The position numbers were made by a program, and so were the translations under genes. The notes under the pieces were generated by a model. It was not told the origin of the DNA, made no database searches, and saw only the letters and a list, made by a program, of their open reading frames with translations. Positions 24,399 through 32,859 of a stretch of 41,937 nt of DNA are shown one piece after another; the first letter of the stretch is position 1, and every line of letters starts with the position of its first letter. Origin of the DNA: a virus (taxonomy: Duplodnaviria; Caudoviricetes); the IMG/VR virus record IMGVR_UViG_3300020042_000346, positions 1 through 41,937 of that record; one strand, given 5' to 3'.

Positions 24399-26507
24399 AT
24401 GCCACTACAAAAATTCCTGTTTAAACCGGGCGTCAACCGGGAGAACACACGGTATACCACCGAAGGCGGCTGGTATGAAGGTGACAAAATTCGCTTTCGT
24501 CAAGGCAACCCAGAAAAAATTGGTGGCTGGACACCGTTTGCATCAGGCACATTTACAGGTGTTTGCCGTTCATTGTGGAACTGGATTACTTTAGCTGGTG
24601 ACAGTTTAGTTGGTGTTGGTACTAACGTATATTTCTACATACTTAACGGTGGCAATTATTACGACATCACCCCAATTCGTAAAACCCTCACGCTAACCAA
24701 TCCCTTTACTGCAACTGCTGGCTCAAGTGTCATAGCGGTTTTTGAAACAAACCACGGATGCGTAGATGGCGATACGGCTATTTATAGCGGTGCGGGTATT
24801 GTTGGTTTAGGTGGCAACATCACTGCCGCAGTGTTGACAGGCTCTTTTCAAATTACGTTTGTTGACGATAACAACTACACGATTGCGGTATCTGCTACTG
24901 CTAATGCAACGGATGCTTCAGGCTCCCCCGGTGGTGGAACGGTCGTCACGCAATATGAAGTTAATACAGGCAACACATACCAAGTACCGCTTGTTGGTTG
25001 GGGTGCTGGCCCTTGGGGCGGTGGTACATGGGGTAATGGTCAAACCACCTCTACTTCTCTTTATATTTGGAACCAACAAAACTTTGGTGAAGATTTAATT
25101 TACGGCCCTCGTGGTCAAGGTATCTACTACTGGAATGCCAATGTAGGTTATGCGGCAATTCAAATAACAATCAGTATTGCAACACCCGGCGTTATTACCC
25201 TACCTCCCGGTTTTTCTTTTCCTGATGGCACGGCTATTACATTTACGTCTACAGGCGCACTGCCAACTGGTTTGACTGTTGGCCAAATTTATTTTGTAGT
25301 GAATTCAACAGGTAGTACGTTCAGCGTATCTACAACAATTAACGGTATAGCCATTACAACTTCTGGTAGTCAATCCGGTATTCAACGTATTTCTCAACGC
25401 GGTGTGGATTTGGCAGATGCTGGTGATGACGACGCCCCTCTATTTCAAAACTACATTCTTGTATCTGATGCCAGTCGTTTTGTGCTTGTGTTTGGTACAA
25501 ACGATTACGGCCAATCTTATTTAAACCCAATGTTGATTCGTTGGTCAGACCAAGAAGACCCGTACACATGGACACCCGCCGCTACGAATCAAGCTGGTAG
25601 TTTGCAACTATCTCACGGCTCTAAAATTGTTACTGCTGTGCAATCTCGCCAAGAGATTGTGGTGTTTACAGATTCTTCAATATATTCATTGCAGTACGTA
25701 GGCCCACCTTTTGTGTGGACGGCACAACTTATTGCAGATAACGTATCTGTGGTTGGCCCTAATGCCGCTGTGATTGCGTCAGGCGCTGTGTATTGGATGG
25801 GTGTAGATAAATTCTATAAATACGATGGACGTGTACAGACATTGAACTGTGACTTACGCCGTTATATTTTTAGCGACTTTAATGCCTTACAAGCCCAGCA
25901 AGTTTATGCTGGTACCAATGAAGGCTTTAATGAAATTTGGTGGTTCTATTGCTCTGCTAATTCAACTGCAATAGATAAGTACGTAATCTATAACTATGTT
26001 GAGAATGTGTGGAGTTATGGCAACATGGGTCGTACAGCTTGGTTAGATTCCGGTTTGTTACCCCTGCCTATTGCCGCTACATACGATAGTGAACTTGTAC
26101 AACACGAAGATGGGGTGGATGCTTATGTGCTGGGTAATTTAACTGCACTGCCAGCTTACATTTCTTCTTCTGAATTTGATATTGGTGATGGCCATAACTT
26201 TGGCTACGTGTGGCGCATATTGCCTGATTTGACTTTTGAAAACTCTTCGTCCACACCTAGTGGCTCCGCCGCCGCAGTTGCCATGACTCTGTATCCATTA
26301 CAAAATTCTGGTTCTGGCACAGGCAATTTGGGTAGTGCAAGCGTTACTAAGGGTGCAACATACAACATTACTGAAGAATATACGGGGCAGATTTACACCC
26401 GTGTTCGCGGTCGTCAGTTGATATTTAAAATTGCCTCAGACCAGATTGGTACAACATGGCAGTTAGGTGCGCCTAGACTTGATATTAGAGCAGACGGTAG
26501 GAGATAA
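24399..26507 (+). CDS. Tail nozzle / DNA-stabilisation protein (P22 gp10-like position and fold)
   Basis: 702 aa beta-propeller-like sequence (IRWSDQED, YWMG...FYKYDG.V..L.C, EIWWFY, RVRGRQ, WQLG.PR.D...DGRR), upstream of the ejection genes. Confidence 0.7.
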   Translation: MPLQKFLFKPGVNRENTRYTTEGGWYEGDKIRFRQGNPEKIGGWTPFASGTFTGVCRSLWNWITLAGDSLVGVGTNVYFYILNGGNYYDITPIRKTLTLTNPFTATAGSSVIAVFETNHGCVDGDTAIYSGAGIVGLGGNITAAVLTGSFQITFVDDNNYTIAVSATANATDASGSPGGGTVVTQYEVNTGNTYQVPLVGWGAGPWGGGTWGNGQTTSTSLYIWNQQNFGEDLIYGPRGQGIYYWNANVGYAAIQITISIATPGVITLPPGFSFPDGTAITFTSTGALPTGLTVGQIYFVVNSTGSTFSVSTTINGIAITTSGSQSGIQRISQRGVDLADAGDDDAPLFQNYILVSDASRFVLVFGTNDYGQSYLNPMLIRWSDQEDPYTWTPAATNQAGSLQLSHGSKIVTAVQSRQEIVVFTDSSIYSLQYVGPPFVWTAQLIADNVSVVGPNAAVIASGAVYWMGVDKFYKYDGRVQTLNCDLRRYIFSDFNALQAQQVYAGTNEGFNEIWWFYCSANSTAIDKYVIYNYVENVWSYGNMGRTAWLDSGLLPLPIAATYDSELVQHEDGVDAYVLGNLTALPAYISSSEFDIGDGHNFGYVWRILPDLTFENSSSTPSGSAAAVAMTLYPLQNSGSGTGNLGSASVTKGATYNITEEYTGQIYTRVRGRQLIFKIASDQIGTTWQLGAPRLDIRADGRR

Positions 26508-26510
26508 CCT

Positions 26511-26906
26511 ATGTCAATGCTTCAGAATCGCGCCTCTCCAAATATTCCACAAGCACCTGTGGAGTATGACCAAGCGTACATGAATTCATTAAGTAATGTG
26601 ATTCGGTTGTTTTTTAACAGTATCAACACAGTACAACAACTTAATCTAGCAAGTTTAAATCTTGATTTAAAGACTCTGCCAACTGATGCAGATTATGTTA
26701 ATTTACGCTATGGGGATGTTTACAGGGATACACAAGGCGGTACACTGCAATCTGGTACAAACATATTGCGTATTAAAGTTCCTATTGAACTGGCTGGAGT
26801 TTCAGGTTCAGGGGCAGTCGGAAGTGTTGGGCCTGTTGGGGGCACAATTACTAAAAATTTAACTGGTGTTTCTGGGTCTGGAAGAGTTGGCACGGTGACC
26901 CCTTAG
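26511..26906 (+). CDS. Small tail protein after the nozzle
   Basis: P.AP.EYD...IRLFFN N-terminus, LPT...GDVY, and a C-terminus with two LxGVSGSGxVGxV repeats. Confidence 0.65.
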   Translation: MSMLQNRASPNIPQAPVEYDQAYMNSLSNVIRLFFNSINTVQQLNLASLNLDLKTLPTDADYVNLRYGDVYRDTQGGTLQSGTNILRIKVPIELAGVSGSGAVGSVGPVGGTITKNLTGVSGSGRVGTVTP

Positions 26907-26915
26907 TACTAGAAT
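26887..26915 (+). promoter_or_regulatory. Possible sigma70-type promoter for the ejection-protein genes
   Basis: TTGGCA (26887-26892), 17-bp spacer, TAGAAT (26910-26915), followed by a GAGGAG SD and ATG 26941. Confidence 0.5.
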
Positions 26916-26940
26916 ATGACAAAACATAGAGGAGCCTATT

Positions 26941-27993
26941 ATGGGTACTGGAGTCGGTGAAGCGATGCTGCTTGGCGCGGCAATGGGTGGTGGATCTGCC
27001 GCTATAACTGGTGGCGATCCTCTTAAAGGTGCCCTCCTCGGCGGTTTGACCGGCGGTGCCGGTGCGGGTATTGGTGGAGCTTTAGGTGGCGCGGCTGGTA
27101 CAGAAGCGGCTTTGGCTACTGCGGGTACTGAGGCGGCTACAAGTGCGACTATGGCAAATGCTCTGCCAGCATCAAGTTTGGCATCTACTCCAATAGCACC
27201 GGGGCTTGCACCGGGTCAAAGTTTTGCGCAAGCCAGTCAGTTGGCAAATACTGCCGCTGCAAACCAAGGTATTACTAGTGCAATAAATAATGCACTTCCG
27301 CTTTCAGAAGGTTTAGGTAGTACGGGTATTACTGGATTACCTTCTAATTTTACTCCCCCCACCTCCCCTGTTATACCTACGCCACCCGTATCAAGCGCCA
27401 TTCCCCCAACAGGCGGCACCTTTACCGAAGGTATGGCCAAGTTTGCCAGTGACCCAATGGCGTCGTTACAGGCCAACAAGTTCACTGCTGGTGCCGCTGG
27501 TTTGGCTGGAGCAATTGGTGGGCGAGAAGAAATGGAAGGGCCTGAAGATTACAACGGCCCCCTGAAACGTTTCCGGTTTAACCCTGAGACATATCGTCCC
27601 GCTTATTATGCCGAAGGCGGTATTGCTAACCTAGCTGAAGGCGGTTATGACCGTATGGTTGGCGAAGAGCCAATGTACCCATCTAATATGGCTCGTGGTG
27701 GTATTTCTGACTTAGGTAGTTACTCTGATTACGCACGTGGTGGCCGTATGCTCAAAGGCCCGGGTGATGGCATGTCTGACAGTATTCCTGCGAGTATTGC
27801 AGGTAAGCGCCCTGCTCGTTTGGCTACTGAAGAGTTTGTTGTCCCCGCTGATGTGGTCTCTCACCTTGGTAATGGCTCTTCCGATGCAGGTGCCAAACAA
27901 CTTTATGCCATGATGGACAGAGTTCGCACAGCCCGCACGGGTCGTAAGTCTCAAGGCCGTGAAATTAGCCCTCAAAAATACATGGCCGCATAA
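26941..27993 (+). CDS. Putative ejection / DNA-transfer protein with a tape-measure-like C-terminal domain
   Basis: Gly/Ala-rich hydrophobic N-terminus, four AxGG motifs, and C-terminal GPGDGMSDSIPA...RLATEEFVVPADVV. Confidence 0.6.
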   Translation: MGTGVGEAMLLGAAMGGGSAAITGGDPLKGALLGGLTGGAGAGIGGALGGAAGTEAALATAGTEAATSATMANALPASSLASTPIAPGLAPGQSFAQASQLANTAAANQGITSAINNALPLSEGLGSTGITGLPSNFTPPTSPVIPTPPVSSAIPPTGGTFTEGMAKFASDPMASLQANKFTAGAAGLAGAIGGREEMEGPEDYNGPLKRFRFNPETYRPAYYAEGGIANLAEGGYDRMVGEEPMYPSNMARGGISDLGSYSDYARGGRMLKGPGDGMSDSIPASIAGKRPARLATEEFVVPADVVSHLGNGSSDAGAKQLYAMMDRVRTARTGRKSQGREISPQKYMAA

Positions 27994-28002
27994 GGAACAA
28001 TC

Positions 28003-29019
28003 ATGATTATTCCAAGCAAGTACAGCGGCTATCAAGCTGGCATTCGTCTGTACCCCGGCGGTGGCGGTGGCGGTGCCCCTGCTGAAACGGCTCCCTCTGC
28101 TCCTCCCCCTCCTCCTGACCGTATGACTTCTGCGGCTCCCCCACCCATGTTCCAAACTTATGGAAGTGGTGATAGGACTGGCTCGTTGGTACAAGCTGGT
28201 GGAGGCATGCGCCCTTCTCAATCGGACTACAGTAGACCAATTTACGACCCTAATTACGCAGACAACATTACTGGCTATCAACAATCAAGCCAGTTCTATC
28301 AACCCATCTACAACTCGCAGTATCAAAACTATGCACGTCCCGCTACGCAGTTTGATGCAAGTACTTATGGCACACAACCCGTGCAATCGCCAGCTTCTGC
28401 TTCTGGTATGTCTCGTGGCAATATTAACAACGCAATAGGCAACTATTTTCAACAAAATCCAAATTCAGCAATGAGTGATACTTTGAATGCAATGCGCAAT
28501 TCAGGTATTAACCGCACGGATATTCAACAATGGGGTGGCGTAAATAACTATAGCCCCCAAGCGTCTGCATACCAACAAAAATCGTTTAATCCTTATACCA
28601 ACAGTTCTGGCTATGGTGGTTTTGGTAGTTTTAGTGGCCCTATGGGTAACATTGGTAACGTGTTAAGTCAAGTAATGTCCCAAACGCAGAACCCGTTTAG
28701 CCCCCAGCAGCCAAACTATCAGCCTCAAATGCAGACTCCGTTTAGTTACCAGCAACCACAACAATTGCAGCCACAACCACAACAGCCTCCTGTAAGTCAA
28801 CCCAGCTATCAGCCTAACTACCAGCCTTCTCCACTGCCTTCTTATGTTTACGACACAATTAAAGACTTAGATCAATATAAATCACAACCTGTACCGCAAC
28901 GCATGTCATCTGGCCCTAGTCAAGCTATCGTGGGTCGGTCTTCCCAGATGCGTGGCACCCCCAACGTAATGCGCCGTGCTGAAGGTGGTATTGCATCTTT
29001 GATGGATGATGTTGAATGA
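28003..29019 (+). CDS. Low-complexity Q/P/S/Y/N-rich protein, probably an internal virion protein
   Basis: AAGGA SD, LYPGGGGGG near the N-terminus, C-terminus RAEGGIASL, and ATGA overlap. Confidence 0.65.
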   Translation: MIIPSKYSGYQAGIRLYPGGGGGGAPAETAPSAPPPPPDRMTSAAPPPMFQTYGSGDRTGSLVQAGGGMRPSQSDYSRPIYDPNYADNITGYQQSSQFYQPIYNSQYQNYARPATQFDASTYGTQPVQSPASASGMSRGNINNAIGNYFQQNPNSAMSDTLNAMRNSGINRTDIQQWGGVNNYSPQASAYQQKSFNPYTNSSGYGGFGSFSGPMGNIGNVLSQVMSQTQNPFSPQQPNYQPQMQTPFSYQQPQQLQPQPQQPPVSQPSYQPNYQPSPLPSYVYDTIKDLDQYKSQPVPQRMSSGPSQAIVGRSSQMRGTPNVMRRAEGGIASLMDDVE

Positions 29020-29447
29020 ACCTAACAATTCGTTCAGTAGATGTAAGCTACATCCATCAAATATGGTCTACAGTAAAGCCATACATTGAAGATGCGCTAA
29101 ACAAAGGTCACGATTTTCCCGATTGGGCGTATTGTTACAACATTGACCATGTACAGCAGTACGTAACTTCTGGGCAGTGGCTTTTGTTGGTTGCTATTGA
29201 CGAAGAAAAACAAATCCACGGTGCTTGCACCGTATCGTTTATTAACTACCCGCTTCATAGGGTAGCGTTTGTTACTTGCATTGGCGGTAAATTGATTTCT
29301 AACCAAGCTACTTTTGAGCAATTTAAACAGTTGCTTAAATCACATGGGGCAACGAAAATACAAGGTAGTGGCCGTGAAGCCATCGTGCGCTTGTGGAAAC
29401 GTTACAACTTTGAACCGCGCAACACCCTAGTTGAGGTACTAATATGA
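29016..29447 (+). CDS. GNAT-fold acyltransferase-like protein
   Basis: WLLLV...GACTV.F..YP...AFVTCIGG...GATKIQG.GR..I.RLW.RYNF pattern. Its position before the ejection genes matches T7 gp13 / P22 gp14. Confidence 0.55.
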   Translation: MNLTIRSVDVSYIHQIWSTVKPYIEDALNKGHDFPDWAYCYNIDHVQQYVTSGQWLLLVAIDEEKQIHGACTVSFINYPLHRVAFVTCIGGKLISNQATFEQFKQLLKSHGATKIQGSGREAIVRLWKRYNFEPRNTLVEVLI

Positions 29448-31054
29448 GCTATTCCCGTAGACAACTTTATGCCATGGGTGAACCCCTTGGTGAATCTGTA
29501 ACCCGCAAAGAAGGTGGCCGCATTATTTATGGCGGCGGTGGGGGCGGTGGCCCAACAACTACTACGGTTAATCAATCTAACGTACCCGATTGGCTTCGTC
29601 CTCAAGTAGAAACGGTACTTGGCGGCTCCCTGAAAGAGCTGTTTCAGACTAAACAAACTGGTACTGATGAAAGTGGAAAACCCATTTATGACATCACTGG
29701 CACCAAAAACTTTACACCTTACAGCGCCAACGTAAAAGATTACGTAGCGGGTTTTAGTCCCCTGCAACAGCAAGTGCAATACAACGCGGCCAACTTGCAA
29801 ATGCCCGGCCAGTTTAATCAGGCTACTGGGTTTGCCAACGCCGCAGGTCAAGGTGGTCTTGACTCTGCTCAACGTGCTTATGGTTACGGTAACGCAGGGT
29901 TCCAATCGGGTCAGCAAGGCCAACAGTTGGGTATGCAAGGTGGTCAGTACTACGGTGGGCAAGGCGCAGGTTATGGATCCCAAGCCGCAGGTTTAGCCCC
30001 CCAAGCGCAAACCTATGGACAGCAAGCCGCTGACATTGGTCAGATGGGTCTTCGTGCTGAACAGTATGGCCGTCAAGTTTCTGGTCAAGCACAAGACTAT
30101 GCTAGTCAAGCGGCCAGCGCCGGAAGCGATTACGCCAAGGCGGCACAAAATGTGTACAACCCTAGAACTGGGACGTATGACACAAGCAGTGCAATCAGCG
30201 CCTATATGTCGCCGTATCAGCAAAATGTCACGGATATTCAACTTGAAGGTTTGCAACGTCAAGCTGATATTGCCCGTACACAACGCGGAGCGCAAGCTGC
30301 TCGTGCAGGTGCTTTTGGGGGGTCGCGTCAGGCTATTGAAAACGCTGAAGCTAACCGTGCTTTGGCTTCACAAATGGATGCCGCTCGTGCCCAAGGTCTG
30401 CAACAAGCCTATCAAGACGCACAACGGAATTTGCAGTACGGCTCTAACCTTGGTCTTCAAGGTCTTCAGGGAGCGCAACAGGGACTGGGTACTGCCTTGC
30501 AAGGCGGTCAGTTGGGTCTGTCTGGTATTGGCACTGCTATGCAAGGTCAGCAAGCGGGTCTGCAAGGTCTGTCTACTGCCAACCAACTGTATGGCACAGG
30601 CATTCAAGGTTCTCAAGCCGGTCTGCAAGGGGTGGATCGTCAACTGGCCGGTACTGCTCAAGGAATGCAGGGTGCAGGCGTGGGTCTCCAAGGTGTATCT
30701 GGTGCGCAAGCAGGTTACGGTTTGGCTAATCAAGCGGCTTCTAATTTGTCTAACATTGGCACAGCGCAACAGAATGCTCAACTTGGCATGTTAGGTTTCC
30801 AAAATCAAATTGGTGGTCAACAACAAGGTCAAGAACAGCAGTACATCAACCAAGCAATCCAAAACTTTGCCAACGCGCAGAACGCGCCAATGCAAGCGTA
30901 CAACCAGTACAACGCTATGCTTCGTGGTTACGCACTGCCCGGAACAACTCAGACCCAGTACCAAGCCGCTCCTTCACTTGTTAATCAAGTTGCAGGTTTG
31001 GGCACTGCCGGTATTGGTGCTTTGGCGTTAAACAATGCAGTGGGCAAACCATAA
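29444..31054 (+). CDS. Ejection / pilot protein (G/Q/A-rich)
   Basis: Leader then YGGGGGGG, YMSPYQQNV, AGAFGGSRQA, heptad GxQGxQ repeats, and a hydrophobic C-terminus. Confidence 0.65.
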   Translation: MSYSRRQLYAMGEPLGESVTRKEGGRIIYGGGGGGGPTTTTVNQSNVPDWLRPQVETVLGGSLKELFQTKQTGTDESGKPIYDITGTKNFTPYSANVKDYVAGFSPLQQQVQYNAANLQMPGQFNQATGFANAAGQGGLDSAQRAYGYGNAGFQSGQQGQQLGMQGGQYYGGQGAGYGSQAAGLAPQAQTYGQQAADIGQMGLRAEQYGRQVSGQAQDYASQAASAGSDYAKAAQNVYNPRTGTYDTSSAISAYMSPYQQNVTDIQLEGLQRQADIARTQRGAQAARAGAFGGSRQAIENAEANRALASQMDAARAQGLQQAYQDAQRNLQYGSNLGLQGLQGAQQGLGTALQGGQLGLSGIGTAMQGQQAGLQGLSTANQLYGTGIQGSQAGLQGVDRQLAGTAQGMQGAGVGLQGVSGAQAGYGLANQAASNLSNIGTAQQNAQLGMLGFQNQIGGQQQGQEQQYINQAIQNFANAQNAPMQAYNQYNAMLRGYALPGTTQTQYQAAPSLVNQVAGLGTAGIGALALNNAVGKP

Positions 31055-31063
31055 GGAATAATC

Positions 31064-32857
31064 ATGAGCCTCAATAGCCTACAAGATGATATGTCACGCC
31101 GTGCCGCTTCTATGGCGGCAATGGCTAAACGCGCCACTAATCCACAACAGATTGAAGCTATACAGAAAAGTCTTATTACGGGTGTTCAAAGCGGTGCAAT
31201 CCAACCTTACGTTGGCATCCCGCTCATCCAAGAACTTACCAAGAAGATAACCGAGGTTAAAGCCAAAATGGCGCAAAGCATGGCTGGTGCTGGGATGCAA
31301 CAACCCCCACAAGGCCAACAGGCTCCACAACCACCGATTGCTCAACAAGTTATGGCGCAAGCCGCTCAAGCGGATCAGTCTCAAGGTGTTGAAACCTTGC
31401 AATCTAACCTGCCGCAGTCTTATGCCGGTGGTGGCATTATTGCGTTTGAAGATGGTGGCAAGGTTGAGCGTTACCAAAGCACAGGATATACAGGCACAAC
31501 TCCAGCGGGTCGTTTTTTCAGTGGTGTAGGACAAAATTTTACTGAAGCTAATGAAATGGCCAAACTACGCAACAAACTGCAAATGCAGTATGGCCCTGCG
31601 TCCGCTGTGCCCGGTTTGTTCATGCGACAAACTGATGAAGAACGCCTAGCGGCTAAAGCCGTTGCGGCGGCGCTACCAAACTTATCCTTTGCGCAACTAC
31701 AGCAACTGGCGGCAGAAGGGCCATCCGCAATCACTGGAATTAGTAACCCTGCGGCAACTGGTACTGCCGTTCCTTACGGCCCTCAAAGCCGAGTTCCTTC
31801 GGATGTGTTGGGTAATAATGCGGCGGCTCCTCCCCCCGCTCCCCCTGCGGCTCCTGATGGTGGTGGCTTCAAAATGCCTGCTATGCAGACATACACGCCA
31901 ATCCCTGCGGTTTTGCCAGAACGTACGGCTCCCGTATTAACCGACCTTGATGCAATTACCAAAAAGTTACCGGCAGAAACAAAAACAGCAACAGAAACTG
32001 CGGTTAGAGAAACGCAAACAAAGTTAGAAGAGATGGACAAACCCGGCTTTGAAGCCCGTGAAGAACGTCTTGGTAAACGTGAAGCCGCTCAAGAAAAAGA
32101 CTCGGCTGTTGGTCGTGCCTTAAATCTTATTAGCACTGGGTTTGGTATTGCCGGTAGTAAAGAGCGTAGTCTTGCGGGTGCTCTGGGCAACGAAGGTCGC
32201 CAAGGTATTGCTGACTTGATCAGAGGTGAAGCCGCAAATCGTGCCGCTAAAGATAAATTAGAAGATTATCGTGACAACCTTGAGCAACAAAAAGTTGCCG
32301 CCAAGAAAGGTAATTACCAAGCCGCTCAAGCGGCTGGAGAACGCGCCGCTGATAACTTGTATAAGTACACAAACTTAAATTTAAATGCCGCTTCTGCTGG
32401 TAATAGCCAAGCCATACAACGCCAACAAGTTGAACAGCAGGGTGATATTGGTAAAGCCACTGTAACTAATCAAGGACAGCAGTTACAACTATCCGCAGTT
32501 GACCAACAGAACCGTAACGCGCTAGGTATTGCCCAGCTTGCACAACAAGGGTCAATCGCTAAAGCACAGCTTGCTGCACAAGAAAAACGCTATGCCGAAA
32601 TGGGTGAGGCAAACAGAGCACGTATTATGCAAGCAACGGCAAAAGGTCTTAACGACTTTATGATGGGTGAAGGTGCTCAACTTAGAGCACAACTTGCCAA
32701 AGACTATGGCCCTAATTTCCTGACTGCTAAAGACTTGCGTAGCCAACAAGCCGCAGATATATTTAATAAACGTAAACAAGCCTACCTAGCAGATATTAGG
32801 GGGCAAGCAATAGATGCTTTAAGCGCACGTTCAGCAGATGCTCTCTTGGGTCAATAA
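31064..32857 (+). CDS. Ejection protein (helical, A/Q-rich)
   Basis: AAGGA SD, YAGGGIIAFEDGG motif, and position between the pilot and giant genes. Confidence 0.6.
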   Translation: MSLNSLQDDMSRRAASMAAMAKRATNPQQIEAIQKSLITGVQSGAIQPYVGIPLIQELTKKITEVKAKMAQSMAGAGMQQPPQGQQAPQPPIAQQVMAQAAQADQSQGVETLQSNLPQSYAGGGIIAFEDGGKVERYQSTGYTGTTPAGRFFSGVGQNFTEANEMAKLRNKLQMQYGPASAVPGLFMRQTDEERLAAKAVAAALPNLSFAQLQQLAAEGPSAITGISNPAATGTAVPYGPQSRVPSDVLGNNAAAPPPAPPAAPDGGGFKMPAMQTYTPIPAVLPERTAPVLTDLDAITKKLPAETKTATETAVRETQTKLEEMDKPGFEAREERLGKREAAQEKDSAVGRALNLISTGFGIAGSKERSLAGALGNEGRQGIADLIRGEAANRAAKDKLEDYRDNLEQQKVAAKKGNYQAAQAAGERAADNLYKYTNLNLNAASAGNSQAIQRQQVEQQGDIGKATVTNQGQQLQLSAVDQQNRNALGIAQLAQQGSIAKAQLAAQEKRYAEMGEANRARIMQATAKGLNDFMMGEGAQLRAQLAKDYGPNFLTAKDLRSQQAADIFNKRKQAYLADIRGQAIDALSARSADALLGQ

Positions 32858-32859
32858 AT

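Noticed and set aside
30015-30794. 259-aa alternative-frame ORF inside the G/Q-rich ejection gene
   Set aside because: Its K/V/L/C-rich sequence is the expected shadow of repeated CAA/GGT codons, and there is no convincing SD.
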